64,000 nt of DNA from Hypanus sabinus (GCF_030144855.1 NC_082720.1:22754001-22818000), one strand, 5' to 3'; counted from the first letter of the stretch, positions 39,826-53,600 are shown. The notes: generated from the sequence alone by a model not told the origin. Translations and numbers: made by a program.

Positions 39826-40133
39826 TGTCCAAAACCCGTTTTCAGATCGTTAAACAGTCCCGGAATCTCCACACGGCAGCAATACCAGCCGCTATCTTCT
39901 CTCTGTAGATCATTTATAGTGAGCGACAGATCTCCTGCCGCAATTCTACCACCAAGACTGTATCTCTGGGATGTTACAGAAGTTACTCTCTCTCCGTTTG
40001 TTCTAATCAGTTCATCTCCACAGTTCAGAACACCACACTGTCCCCGGCCCCAGCACATCCAACCTTTTACATATTTTCCGACAGAATAGCGGCACAGCAG
40101 TGTGATCGACTGTCCCGTAACTCCTCGCACTTC
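39826..40133 (-). pseudogene. TIM copy B IgV pseudo-exon
   Basis: EVRGVTGQ..CWGRGQCGVLNCG..YCCRVEIPGLFNDLKTGFGQ*. A 37-nt deletion removes the splice acceptor, a 14-nt deletion frameshifts the G strand, and the leader exon is deleted at ~40721. Confidence 0.88.
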
Positions 40134-41171
40134 CAGGGAAAGGAAGTAACACATGGTGCTGAATGGGATGAACAGACGGGGTGCGTCCACAGTTAGGAAA
40201 CGTGTCCGAGCAACGGGATGTGATCCATTTTAGCTGCTGGGCGGCATCTGGGGAATATTACAGGACGTTTCTCCGTATTCAAAGAGATATTATTGTGGAT
40301 ATTATTAGGTGTTTCCCACACTCTGAAACACCAGCCCTCAGCTGACCCCGAGAAGGATGTGGTGATCGACCAGCATTTCTGTAGTTTTGACACATCCGAT
40401 AGTCCTGCGGTAACATTTCATTGAGCTGTTCAGTCACAGTAACGGAAACATACAGGGAAGGTACGAAGATCAGATTGTGATCTCGAGTATTGAAATTATT
40501 CTCCTCCCTTGCCATTTTGAATCTGGGATTCATTGTCCTAGCAAAGGAATGTGATCCATGTTACCTGTTGGTGACATATGAGGAATATTACGGAAAATCC
40601 CAAAACTGCTCGGAGGGAATTGAACTAACATCACTGATCAGAGATCCAGCCTCTGGTTCATTCACCCACTCACATACTACTGTGCTACCAAACTTTCACC
40701 GCAATGATCCGGGGATATTCCGAGGCAAATGCTATCAAACGCTCGGCTCCCCCCTGGCGTTACCATCAAAATCTAAAACGTACGGATTTCCTTCAAAGTT
40801 GATTACCGTTCCCGGTTTTGGAGATGAGACACTTCTTCCGATCACAGATGTGACGCTACATCGGCAGAAGTTCGTGTCTGAAATGTCCATCAGTAACACG
40901 AATGGCCAAGTTGCCAAGTATCCAGCTGGCTGTTTGAACTGCTGGGTCGCCGGTCTGGTTGAGTCCTCTCACTTTGTGTGACGTTTCAATGTTTGGTACG
41001 TGAAGGGAACCGAGGGTGAAGTAGAGAGTGAGAGAGAGACCAAGAGACCTGAAGAGGCTGATTCCACCATTTTCTGTTTTAACTCCAGCCTGTTCTGCAC
41101 TGGCTGTCTAAATTTGGTCTGTCAACCCAGCTGAGGACTGGAGTCAAGGACATTAGTTGGTGAGGCGTGAA

Positions 41172-41181
41172 GGGACTTTCA
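41172..41181 (+). promoter_or_regulatory. NF-kB-like site (copy B unit)
   Basis: GGGACTTTCA at the paralogous position. Confidence 0.25.
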
Positions 41182-42628
41182 ATCTCTGTCTAACTGTGAA
41201 GAGGCTTATTGGTGGCACAAGAGTCTCTGAACTGCAAGTTGTTGAGACAATTATACTTTATTCAATCATGTTGTAATAATCAGTAACATTATTCAGTTAC
41301 TTTTTCATGCAGAACAACTGTAAATAAATGTAATGCAGGGACTGATGAATTATATTGCATCATAAAAGCAGAAAAAAATCAGGCAGATAGAATTGAACAT
41401 AACTCTAAAGAACGGACGCAATAGGATGATGATTTCCAGAGGGATCAAAGCGATTTCAAGAAAAAGATGCTCAGTGCCCCAGATCCAGGCTGCAGATATA
41501 CTGTATATTCACTTTGTCTCAAATTGCTGTTCCTCCAGTTTATGAGAAACAATGATAAGTGAGCAGTTTCCAGACAATGAGGGAAATTGTCTGAACATCT
41601 GGTGATGCAAAGGACAGTTTGGATGTATTCTGACCAAATGGACCACTGATGTGTTCAAACAATGACTTTATCAAGAACTCTCCAAACATATTGAGCACTA
41701 ACTACATTGAAGACTGGGGAAAGGGTGATGTGAATAGCCGTCTGTACTCCAGTTACTTATTGTTCTCTCTCTTTGGCAACTATGTCCTTTCATTGTTAAG
41801 AAACTGGAGATTTCCACTACCTGCTCAGTCCAGTCTTGCCAAGACTCTGTACAATTATAGTATGACTCTGTTACGTTCAAAGCTTCTAATAATAAATGGT
41901 AACTTATTATTTGCACCTGGAGAGTAGCTTGAAGAGATGTATGTATCATCACACCTTGTTTCTAAAGTTTAGCACCATCCAATCACTTCACATTTAAGAA
42001 AAATTACATTTACATTATTGTCACTAAAATGGATGATCTCTCATACGTCTTCAATGTGTTCCATCTGCCAGGTTCTTGAAATATTATTGAGCTCCTTCAT
42101 AAAACATTGTGGACATGTTTCCACAAGGTGATGAAATCAGGATTACTTCTTTTTGTGTCACTGATTACCTTGTTGCAAATTCTATGAACAGACACAGTAT
42201 CATTAATATTGTCATATTAGGTCTTTCTGTATTGGGTGTGGCTTTGATTATTTTTAAGAACAAGAAATTAACTTGACTCCAAACCAACTGGTAATCAAAT
42301 TAATAAATCTACAGTCAGTATCTACATCTGGTCATCACCACATCCCTGTCTGTGGAAACAGGTACCACAATGGCTGCTCGGAGTGAAAGTCACTTTATAA
42401 AATGCAAGTCTTACTTTCACTTTAACTGCAAACATTCCCAGCCTGCCTTATGCAAATATCTTCACCAAATTTTATGGTTCCAAACATAAGCATTTCAATT
42501 AAAATCCATTTCAAGGCATACTTGTTAACATTTATCACCAACAGTGCAGTTTTTTCCAAACAAAACACATTGATATCAGAAATGTAAATAAGTTATGTAA
42601 TTTTCATGGTGTGTAATAAAGCACTTAC

Positions 42629-42656
42629 TTGTGGTTAACAGAACTGTTGTGCTGGT
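42629..42656 (-). CDS. Candidate 28-nt stalk micro-exon (TIM-C unit)
   Basis: tttcttctgttacacag | ACCAGCACAACAGTTCTGTTAACCACAA | gtaagt; not a multiple of 3. Confidence 0.4.
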
Positions 42657-43443
42657 CTGTGTAACAGAAGAAACATTAAATTTCTTTTTACATTTTCCAA
42701 TGCTTGTCATGCAATTTTATTAACTGACTTCAAGCTTATACAACTTGTAGAAAAGATTAGGATATTAAGCATTTAGACCATTGGAAGATCGTTAAACCGC
42801 CACAGTTAGATTTGATTAGAACGCATTGTATTGGGATTAATTGACCAATCTACATTGGTTAACAGAGAAAACAGAGATGAAATAAGCTTGGGTTGGGAAG
42901 CAGCAAGTGGTTGGGCTCAACAGTCATATGGTATGACCCTCTTCTTTTTATACTGTAACATATATCAAAGACGTAGCTCAAGGGAAACATTTTGAAGATT
43001 TAAAAATAAATATTTAACTGTGTGAGATTTACAGAGAATTCAAGGGGAAATCAGAGGAAAAGGGAGGACTAGCTAACTAGACAAGGAGATGATGAAAGGA
43101 CGATAATATGGAGAGATATGACATGATCCACTTCAGTAGGAACATCAGAAAAACAGACTTTTGTTATATGGTGAGTGACTGGACATTCAAAGGAGCTGGG
43201 TGTCTGTGTACATGGTCACTGAAACTTTAGTAAGCCAAAAGGCAGATTAAAAAAAGACTTTATCAGAAGAAATAGATGTTCATACATTGATTCCAAGGAA
43301 ACAGATATTGGCCGTTTCACAGATGTTGGGCATACAGCAGAGTTCAGATGAATAGGAGGAGAGCTGATTGAAATATATAAAATTTTGAGAATGCTTCAAA
43401 CAGCAGGTCTAAAGGTTTCTACAGTTATATTAAAGGCAAGAGG

Positions 43444-45237
43444 ATAGTGAGGGATAAAATTGGCCCCTTAGAGAATCAGAGTGGTCAGCTATGTGTGGAG
43501 CCGAGGGAGATGGGAGAGATTTTGAATGATTTCTTCTGTTCGGTATTCACTAAGGAGAAGGATATTGAATTGTGTAAGGTGTGGGAAACAAGTAAGGAAG
43601 TTATGGAACCTATGACAATTAAAGAGGTGGAAGTACTGGCGCTTTTAAGAAATTTAAAAGTGGATAAATCTCTGGGTCCTGACAGGATATTCCCCAGGAC
43701 CTTGAGGGAAGCTTGTGTAGAAATAGCAGGAGCTCTGACGGAGATCTTTAAGATGTCATTAGAAACGGGGATTGTGCCGGAGGATTGGCGTATTGCTCAT
43801 GTGAGTTCCATTGTTTAAAAAGGGTTCTAGAAGTAAGTTTAGCAATTATAGACCTGTCAGTTTGACATCAGTGGTGGGTAAATTAATGGAAAGTATTCTT
43901 AGAGATAGTATTAATGATTATCTGGATAGACAGGATCTGATTAGGAGTAGCCAGCATGGATTTGTGCGTGGAATGTCATGTTTGACAAACCTTATTGAAT
44001 TTTTTGAAGAAGTTACGAGGAATGTTGACGAGGGTAAGGCAGTGGATGTAGTCTATATGGACTTCAGCAAAGCCTTTGACAAAGTTCCACATGAAAGGTT
44101 AGTTAAGAAGGTTCAGTCGTTAGGTATTAATGCTGGAGTAATAAAATGGATTCAACAGTGGCTAGATGGGAGATGCCAGAGAGTAGTGGCGAATAATTGT
44201 TTATCGGGATGGAGGCCGGTGACTAGCGGGGTGCCTCAGGGATCTGCTTTGGGCCCAATGTTGTTTGTAATATACATAAATGATCTGGATGATGGGGTGG
44301 TAAATTGGATTAGTAAGTATGCCGATGATACTAAGGTAGGAGGTGTTGTGGATAATGAGGTGGGTTTTCAAAGCTTGCAGGGAGATTTATGCCAGTTAGA
44401 AGAATGGGCTGAACGTTGGCAGATGGAGTTTAATGCTGAGAAGTGTGAGGTTCTACATTTTGGCAGGAATAATCCAAATAGAACATACAGGGTAAATGGT
44501 AAGGCATTGAGGAATGCAGAGAAACAGCGAGATCTAGGAATAACAGTGCATAGTTCCCTGGGGTCTCATGTAGATAGGGTGGTGAAGAAGGCTTTTGGAA
44601 TGCTGGCCTTTATAAATCAAAGCATTGAGTTCAGAAGTTGGGATGTAATGTTAAAATTGTACAAGGCCAAATTGTGTAAGGCCAAATTTGGAATATTGTG
44701 TACAGTTCTGGTCACCGAATTATAGGAAAGATATCAATAAATTAGAGAGAGTGCAGAGACGATTTACTAGGATGTTACCTGGGTTTCAGCACTTAAGTTA
44801 CAGAGAAAGGTTGAACAAGTTAGGTCTCTATTCATTGGAGTGTAGAAGGTTGAGGGGGGATTTGATCGAGGTACTTAAAATTTTGAGAGGGATAGATAGA
44901 GTTGACGTGAATAGGCTGTTTCCATTGAGAGAAGGGGAGATTCAAACGAGAGGACATGATTTGAGAGTTAGGGGGCAGAAGTTTAAGGGAAACAAGAGGG
45001 GGTATTTCTTTACTCAGAGAGTGATAGCTGTGTGGAATGAGCTTCCTGTAGAAGTAGTAGATGCCAGTTCAGTTGTGTCATTTAAGGTAAAATTGGATAA
45101 GTATATGGACAGGAAAGGAGTGGAAGGTTATGGGCTGAGTGCGGGTAGGTGGGACTAGGTGAGTTGAAGAGTTCGGCATGGACTAGGAGGGCCGAGATGG
45201 CCTGTTTCGGTGCTGTAATTGTTATATGGTTATATGG
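43444..45237 (+). mobile_element. 5'-truncated CR1 LINE with near-intact RT (frameshifted)
   Basis: ORFs 43447-43818, 43811-44725 and 44688-45158: NYRPVSLTSVVGKLME, DFSKAFDKVPH, SGVPQGS, KYADDTK; tail gttatatggttatatgg. Absent from the paralogous units. Confidence 0.92.
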
Positions 45238-47229
45238 TACAAGATCCTTTGCTTGTAGGGATCATCATTTCTAAATCTCAAAATAAGGCATCATCATTTA
45301 GGACTGAGATGCAATAAAATATATGTGGGAACAAGTTATATATTTTGAATTTTCCAATAGTGTAAGACCAAGTGGGACTGGGAGCACAGAGCAGGAAGTG
45401 AAGAGACTGCAAGGTTATATAAACAAGCTCAGAGAGAGGGCAAAAAAACCAACAAATGGAATACAATGTGAAAAAAAAATAAAGCTTATCCATTCTGTTG
45501 AATAGAAAAGTGAAATAATTATTAAATGGAGAGTGATAAGGCAATGATAAAGTTTATCGAGACCAAGGTCTGATGTAGGTGCAAATGGTAGATTACCATT
45601 TACAAGAGAATTTGAATACAGCAATGAGGAAGTGTTGCCATACATGTAGAATGGCTTGGCAACAGCACCCAAGAGTATAGTGGACAGTTTTGACCTTTTA
45701 CCTAAGGATGGATGTACTGGCCATAGGCAGAGTGTGATAATGATTCAGGATTGGTAGGGTTTCTAAATGAGAAGATATTGAGTAGACTTGGATGTACTCT
45801 CTTCACCTTCAACAAAACATACAAAAACCTTCAAGAACTTAGCAGAAAAATGCAAGGAAGTTGTTTTCCCTCCCAGAGGAACCTTGAACTTGAAACAGGC
45901 CAGTCAGAATTGACATGAGATACAAGAGAAAATCTGCTGATGTTGGAAATCCAAGCAATGCACAAACATTGCTGGAAGAACTCAGCAAGCCTGGCAGCAT
46001 CTATGGAAGAGCTTACGGTTGATGTTTTCAGCCAAGACCTCTCACCAGAACTGTAAATACCATAAAACCATAAGGCATAGGAGCAGAATGAAGCCATTCA
46101 GCCCATTGTGTCTGCTACACTATTCTATCATGTCTGATCAAGGATCCCACTTAACCCGATTCCCCTGCCTACTTGCTGTATCCTTTGATGCCATGACCGA
46201 TCAGGAAATGATCAACTTCCACCTTAAATATATGCACGAACTTGGCCTCTACTGAACTCCGTGGCAGAGCATTACATAGATCCTCTACTCTCTGGCGGAA
46301 AAAAGAAATCCTGCTTACCTCTGTTGTAAAAGGTCACCCCTGAATCTTGAGGCTGTGCTCCTATCACAGGAGGCATCCACTCCACATCCACCCGATCTAG
46401 TCCTTTCAACATTCGGTAGCTTTCAATGATATCACCCTGCATTTTTTTTCCCTAAATTGCAGTGCGTACAGGCACAACATTGCCAAATGCTCCCCACATG
46501 TTAATCCCTTGAATCCCATAATCATTCCCGTCAACCTCCTCTGGAATCTCTCCATTAACAACACATCTTTCTGAGATAAGGGGTCCAAAACTGTTGACAA
46601 AACTCTAAGTGAATCCTGACCAGTGTCTTATAAAGGCTCAGCATAAGCAGATATTTCTGTGATCGTGATCCTTCAGTCTGTAGATGCACTTTTATCGTAT
46701 TTGTTCAAAACACAGATTGATAGCTGTCTGGACATGGAGTCAAGGGATACAGGACAGTGGTGGAAAATGGCGCTGAGGTAAAAGGTCAACCACATTCCGA
46801 ATGAATGGTAGAACAGCCGGGAATGCCCAGTGGACAACTCCTGCTTCTATTTGTTTCGCTCCTATCACGGCAGCATTAACACTGTTATTGACACCCTAAG
46901 CCCATTGTTTTGTGTTGTATATCTGATGCAACACACAAATCATTCCTCTCCACAGAATCTCAGACAACGCACCCTTTGTCCATATCACATTGTACTGTCC
47001 TGCCGTCGTCATCCTGCACATTATCCATTCTACTGGATATACAACAGAGTGAACAATAAATCAGTATGTAATTACTTATGTTCACAGGGGCAGAAGCGGA
47101 CTGTTCATCCGATCCAGACTATATCATCTGCCCAAGATTCCCATCAGTTACATCCCACATACCGCCCCGGAAACTTGGCTTCCGGCATTGCCTTGCCGTT
47201 AATTTACACTGGAGGCTGATTACAGTGAC

Positions 47230-47387
47230 CGATTAACCTACCAACCTGTTCTTGCGATCTCAGAGCACCTGGAGGAGGCAAGGAAATACATATGATTTCC
47301 ACACACTGAGCACAGGAGCTTGGGATCGAACCTGCATCTCAGGAGATGTGGGACAATTATACTCGCAGCTACACCGCTAAGCCGCCA
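47230..47387 (-). mobile_element. tRNA-derived SINE (HE1/V-SINE-like) in TIM intron 2
   Basis: A box GGCTTAGCGG (47374-47383) and B box GGTTCGATCCC (47322-47332); cctcctccaggtgctc core. Paralogous remnants in the other units. Confidence 0.6.
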
Positions 47388-47424
47388 TTTCTGACACAGG
47401 ACCATGTAACATTGAGCTGCTTAC

Positions 47425-47772
47425 CGTCCGAAACCCGGAGATTCAAATTCCTTTTCAGATCATTAAACCATCCCGGAATCTCCACACGGCAGCAATACCA
47501 GCCGCTATCTTCTCTCCGTAGATCATCTATAGTGAGCGACACATCTCCTGCCGCAATTCTACCACCAAGACTATGTCTCTGGGATGTTGCAGAAGTTACT
47601 CTGTCTCCGTTTGTTCTAATCAGTTCATCTCCACAGCCGCGAGAAGGACACTCTCCCCGGCCCCAGCACATCTCACTTTTTCCATATTTTCCGACAGAAT
47701 AGCTGCACGGCAGTGTGATCGACTGTCCCGTGACTCCTCGCACTTCTGTTCCAGAGACGAAGGCGACTCGAC
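47425..47772 (-). CDS. TIM-family IgV exon, copy C (intact, 348 nt, phase 1-1)
   Basis: GRVAFVSGTEVRGVTGQSITLPCSYSV..EMCWGRGECPSRGCGDELIRTNG..YCCRVEIPGWFNDLKRNLNLRVSD; canonical acceptor and gtaagc donor. Confidence 0.92.
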
Positions 47773-48481
47773 CTGAAACAATCCAGGGAAAGAAAGTTAC
47801 AGATGGCGCTGAATGGGATGAGCAGACGGGGAGTGTCCACAGTTTGGAAACTTGTCCGAGCAACGGGAATGTGATCCATTTTACCTGCTGGGCGGCATCT
47901 GAGGAATATTACGGGAAGTTTCTACGTATTCAAAGGGATGTGGATATTATTAGGTATTTCCCACACCCTGAAACACTCACCCCTCAGCTGACCCCGAGAA
48001 GGATGTGGTGATGAACCAGTATTTCTGTAGTTTTGACACATCCGATAGTCCTGCGGTAACATTTCAGAGAGCTGTTCAGTCACAGTAACAGAAACATACA
48101 GGGAAGGTACGAAGATCAGATTGTGATCTCGAGTATTGAAATTATTCTCCTCCCTTGCCATTTTGGATCTGGGATTCATTTTCCCACTCACATACCCACT
48201 GTGCTCCCGAAGCTTCACCGCAATGATCGGGGGATATTCGGTGTTCTGATCTTGTTTCTTAGTCCATTCAGATCAGCACTGATCAGTCCTCCAAGTTCAC
48301 TCACCCCGGCAGTTCACCTCCCACCACTAATCTACAAAAACTGGCAGCGCCGGGCATCACTCGGGGTGTATACCTGCCGGGTCCTTCACTCACCCACAGT
48401 CTCCACCTCAATTACTGCGTCCAGTAGGTTAAAGCAACAAGGCTGAACAAGCTAATTCAATTCCTGCTTTCAGAAACGTAC

Positions 48482-48533
48482 CTAACAGAAGAAAAACGAT
48501 TGGCAAATGAGCCACGGAGCCAGTAAGAGCCAT
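48482..48533 (-). CDS. TIM copy C leader exon, 52 nt
   Basis: MALTGSVAHLPIVFLLL-G|gtacgt. Confidence 0.82.
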
Positions 48534-49085
48534 CACGCCGGACACTGTGGCGGCAGCTCTCCGTGTAGCTGCACCAGATGCCGTGACTGTGAGTTAAACT
48601 GTTGCTTCCGGCTTGTCGTGGACAAGAGTCCCTTCCACAGGAACACGGGTGTTGTTCATCGACACCCCGGAGAAATGAGGCAAGTGCTATCAAACACTCG
48701 GCTCCTCCCTGGCGTTACCATCAAAGTCTAAACGCGCACGGACTTCCTTCAATATTGCTTTCAGTTCGCAGTTTTGGAGATAAAACACTTTTTCCGATCA
48801 CGGCACCGACAGATTGCGTCTGAAATGTGCATCAGTAACACGAGTTTGCAAATTGCGAATTGTTCGTCCGACTGGCTGGATTAGTCTTCTCACTTTGTGT
48901 CACGTTTCAATGTTTCGTACGTGAAGGGAACCGAGGGTGAAATAGAGACTGATCGATCAAGACAGCCAAGTAAGGCGATGCCACTATTGTCTGTTTTAAC
49001 GTCAGCCTGCTCTGCACTGGCAGTCGAAATTTGGTCTGTCAACCCAGTTGAAAACTGGAGTCAAGGTGATTTGCTGAGGAGTGAA

Positions 49086-49095
49086 GGGACTTTCA
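49086..49095 (+). promoter_or_regulatory. NF-kB-like site upstream of TIM copy C
   Basis: GGGACTTTCA ~553 bp upstream of the ATG. Confidence 0.3.
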
Positions 49096-50659
49096 ATCTC
49101 TTTCTAACTGTGAAGACGCTGAATGGTGGCAGAAAAGTCTCTGAACAGCAAATTGTAGCCCCAGTTTTACTTTATTCAGTCATGCTGTAATAAGCATTAA
49201 CACCGGGAGTGATACTGGTGCTGTGGTCAAACCTGGTACTAGGGCTGCCTATACCAGATGTCTGGTGGACTTCCCAGGCAGCTCACAGGTAAAGGTGAGA
49301 TGAAGATTAGATCCCAGTAATTGGGAGGGACCGGCTGATAGATGTGCGGAAGAAAGGTCAAGGAGGTGGGGAGGCAGTGGGAGATGGGGAAATGATCAGG
49401 AGCATGGAGTGTGAGAAAGGGTGAGCAGCGAAAATGATCCGTGATAATATCCGGAAAAGAGATGAACGGAAACAACAGAACCAGTCTGATTTACCCTAGT
49501 CAGTGTAGTCAGTTATTTTTCATGAGGAACAACTGTAATTAAATGTAATGCAGGGATTGATAATGATTTACATTGCGTAAATCATTATCCAACACCAAAG
49601 AATGGAGGGATTAAGATGGTGATTTACAGAGTGATCACAGTGATTCCAAGAAAATGAAACAAGGGAGATGTGGAGGAAGTTCAGTGAGGATCTACGGATT
49701 TTATTCAGTGTCCACACATCTTCAACCATAAAAATGGTCCTAAATCAACAACAGAGTGATGTTCATGGAGGTTGTGAGGGTAAACGGAGACAGAGAAGAT
49801 AAACTCTCACACAGTGACAGCAGCAATGTAACAGCAGCAGTGTTAAAGATTCAGGTTTTTCTCACTGGCATTTGCATGAAATGTGTTGTTTTGCGGCAGC
49901 ATTACAGTCCAAGACATCAAGTTAATGTCAGGCAGAAAAATGAAATGTGCAAATTAGGAATAACAAGGTCGTGTTCATTCAGAAATCTGAAGGGAAATAA
50001 ACTTTTTCTCAATACTGAGTGAGTGTCGTTAAACAACTGTACCTCCTACCTATTGGAAATGCCCTTGACGGTGGGAGCCCTAATCAAAGTTCAAGGTAAA
50101 TATATCATTAATGTACATAAATTGCGTAGCCTTTTGCAACAACGAATTGTCCCTGTTGTTTCCGGTAGGATGGAAATTAGTGCGGGGTTAAAAGCGTGTC
50201 CCAATACGTGCTTGGGCCATTATCGAGTCCATCAGGGGTCGTGAGTGGGCGCAGTGTTAGTTGTTTTTGCAACACCTGTGCAGCGCTCGCCTTATCTCCT
50301 GTGACTGGTCGCCGCACTCTTTATGAGAAAAATTAAATTCCATAATACTGCACCAGGTGCTAGTAAGCCATTAGAAGCACTGGACACCGAAAGGAGGCGG
50401 CGAATAGAAAACACACACTTCCAGAGATAAGCTTTGTTTATAAAAACATGATATACAAGATATTTACACGAGTAAGAACAATTCAAAATTCCAACATTCT
50501 GTTAGGTTCTATATCTCAGATATCAACAAAAACCAAATTCCCGTTAGTTAGAGATATTCATTAGAGTGACCTTTATTACTCCAATTTCTCTAACTAAATA
50601 GATCTAGTGTTATTTCCTGTTTAAAGGTTTACAGACTAACCCTTTTTATTTACCCTAGT

Positions 50660-53600
50660 TAGAAAATTGTCTGAAATTACAACCGTTTGGAAAAATATCA
50701 AACTAAGATTATAGACCTGGAAACTAGGTCTCGCCAAAACAATATACGAATTGTTGGATTGCAAGAAGGAGCTGAAAACTTAACAGTTTACTTTGGTGAG
50801 CTCTTTCATACTCTACTTCCGACTATTTTATCACAGCCGTCTGCTATTGAAAGAGCATATGGAGTGTTTCCTTCGAAATTTAAAGATTCAAACAAACCAA
50901 GATCTATTCTGGTTTGTTTTCATCACTTTAAGATTAAAGATCAAATTATGCGACAGGCAAGAATACAGAGTTTTCGGATTCAACGAGTCTAAGCTCCGTT
51001 TTTATGAAGATTATCCGAAAGAAGTAATGGAACAAAGATCAAGATTTGCTTTGGTAATGAAACAAGCATATGATAAGAAACTATTTCCCTCTTTCAGTTA
51101 CCTGACAAGAATGAAAGTTTTTCCTCCTAATTTTTCTCCACGCATTTTCTTTGACCCAAAAGCCGCACTGGATTTTGTCCAGGCTGTACCTGTCACTGTC
51201 ACTGACGCTACTACCGAATGAACTTTCTGAAAAGCTGTTTGATTATCTATATATTATTTACATTTCTAAAAGAAGGTATATGATGGTTATTTGGATATTT
51301 CATTGAGAGATTATTAAAAGAAGATAAGAAAACCTGCTCATTATTGCAGCTTACTGGATTTTTTTTTGGAAAGAAAATTTACGGTTCAAGTTTGACTGTT
51401 TAAATGGCTAATTAGAAATTTAACTGAGAAAAGAGGATAAAAGGATTTGTTCCTTTTATCTAATATTTGGTTTGATGTTTCTTTTTGTTGTTTCTTAATT
51501 TACTAATTGGTAGATTTTTCCTACTAATAGGGTTTCTTTATATATTTATATATATCTGGGAGGGTTTAGTTACTTATGATATTACTAATTAAAATTTTGG
51601 AAATTTAATGTGGTTAAATATACTATTAACCTCAGTTTATCTGTTTTATTATAGCATCCTATAAATTTTCTTGGGGATTTAAAGCTAAACTTATGATGGT
51701 GCTGGTTTTTCTCTCTAAGAGATTATATTATTTTGGTTCTTTTTTGGTTTAATACACGATGGAATGTAAACACTCTCCTTTGCTGAGACGTTACTGTCTT
51801 TCTTGTCAGGTGATTTTATTTTTTTGTGTGCTCACTGGGGGGAGGGAGAGAGGAGACTGACAGAGCAGCCCATGGCTTTGTATTCTGTTTTAGTTCGCTT
51901 GCCTTTTTTTCGGGCTTTTGGGAGGGTGGGTGGGTCTAGAGTTAGGAGATTTTCCCACTGGGTGGTTCCAGAGCATGCGTGTTTTTTATATGGTTTTATT
52001 CTTCATCACCACCATTATGAGAATCCCGTATTGGTATGTGTTCTGCCCATGTATAAAGTAAATTAGAATAAAATTATAGTATGGCAGTTAAACAGATTAA
52101 TGTAATAAGTTGGAATGTATGTGGTTGGAATCATCCTAATAAATGAAAAAAAAACTTTTAAAATTATTAATCGATTCCAGCCTGATATACTTTTTGTTCT
52201 GGAGACGCTTATCAACGCAAGAGATCAAAATAGATTTTTTCGCTGGTGGAACGGAATACAACTCCATGCTACTTCTCAGAGCAAAACTAAGGGCGTGTCT
52301 ATCTTTATTAAATCTAATACATTTACTCAAGAGGATATTGAATCAGATTCTAATGGTAGATTTTTAATTGTTAAAGGAGTGATTTGTAATAGAAAGGTTG
52401 TTTTGGTTAATTTCTATGGTCCTAATTTAGATGATACTTTTTTAAAAAAGTATTTGCTTTATTGCTGGATTTAAATGAATATATGTTGATAATGGGTGGG
52501 GATTTTAACTGTTGTTTAAATCCTATGACTGACAAGAGCTTAACTAATCAGCGACTTCCAAAAAGTTCTGCGTCAGTTTTTAACTCCTTTTTGACCGATT
52601 TTGGGTTGATTGAATTATGGAGATATTTACACCCTGATAACAGAGAATACTTTTTTTTGCATGTCTATAAAAATATTCGCGGATGGATTAAATGATAATT
52701 TATCCCCGCCTTTTGCCTAATGTTAAAAACTGTGAATATGACACTATTGCTATATCTGATCATGCATCTTTGAGTTTGTTCTTTGAATTTGATGATGTCA
52801 TTTTTGCCCGTCCACCATAGCGCATGTCTGAGACTTTATTGCAAAACACCGATATCATTTTTATTGAAAGCCAGATAAAAGAATTTTTTCTTTTTAATGA
52901 TATAGGAGGTAAGTCCAAATTAAATGATATGGAACACATTTAAAGCATTTTTACGTGGTCAGATAATTTCTTATTCAGCTAAACTTAAAAAGCAGACTAA
53001 AGCAGAATTAGATAAAATTTCAAAACAAATTAAAGATTTAGATAATATCTAAATGACTTCCCCTAATATTGACTTATTTAAAAAAAGGGTGGAAGTTCAA
53101 TCACAATATAACCTATTATTAACTCATCCAATTGAAGATTATCTACATAAGTTAAAGAGCCAATTTTATATGTTTGGAGATAAAAATATTAAACTACTTG
53201 CATCTCAAATAAATCGGCTGGAGCCAAAAGGCAAATTTTGGAAATTCGTACAAAGGATGGTATCCTGGCTCAGAAATATGAAGAAATTAATAAGATTTTT
53301 CAAGATTTTCATACTGAACTTTATAAATCTCAATGTCCAGTAGATACTTCTGAAATGCCTGCTTTTTAATGAAAGATTGCTTTTCCTAAAATGTCTGCTG
53401 AGGATCAAAAAAACTGTTGATGCCCAAATTACTGAATCCAAAATTCAGAAAGCTACTTTTTTCAATGCAATCTGGTAAGGCGCTGGGACTTGAATGGTTA
53501 TCCTGCAGAATTTTATAAAAAATTTGGAAAATTGCTTTCTCCACATATGTTGGAGATGTTTAAAGATTCCTTTGTGAACAGGGCTTTACCCTCTACTTTT

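Noticed and set aside
43811-44725. Host gene or active LINE from the 304-aa RT ORF
   Set aside because: 5'-truncated CR1 with frameshifts at both ends of the ORF.
46973-47032. 60-nt exon candidate downstream of IgV (cag|TAGAATGG...AAAGG|gtgcgt)
   Set aside because: The paralogous copies are 59 nt (A) and carry a further deletion (B), so frame is not conserved. The phase-1 peptide (VEWIMCRM..) is not mucin-like.
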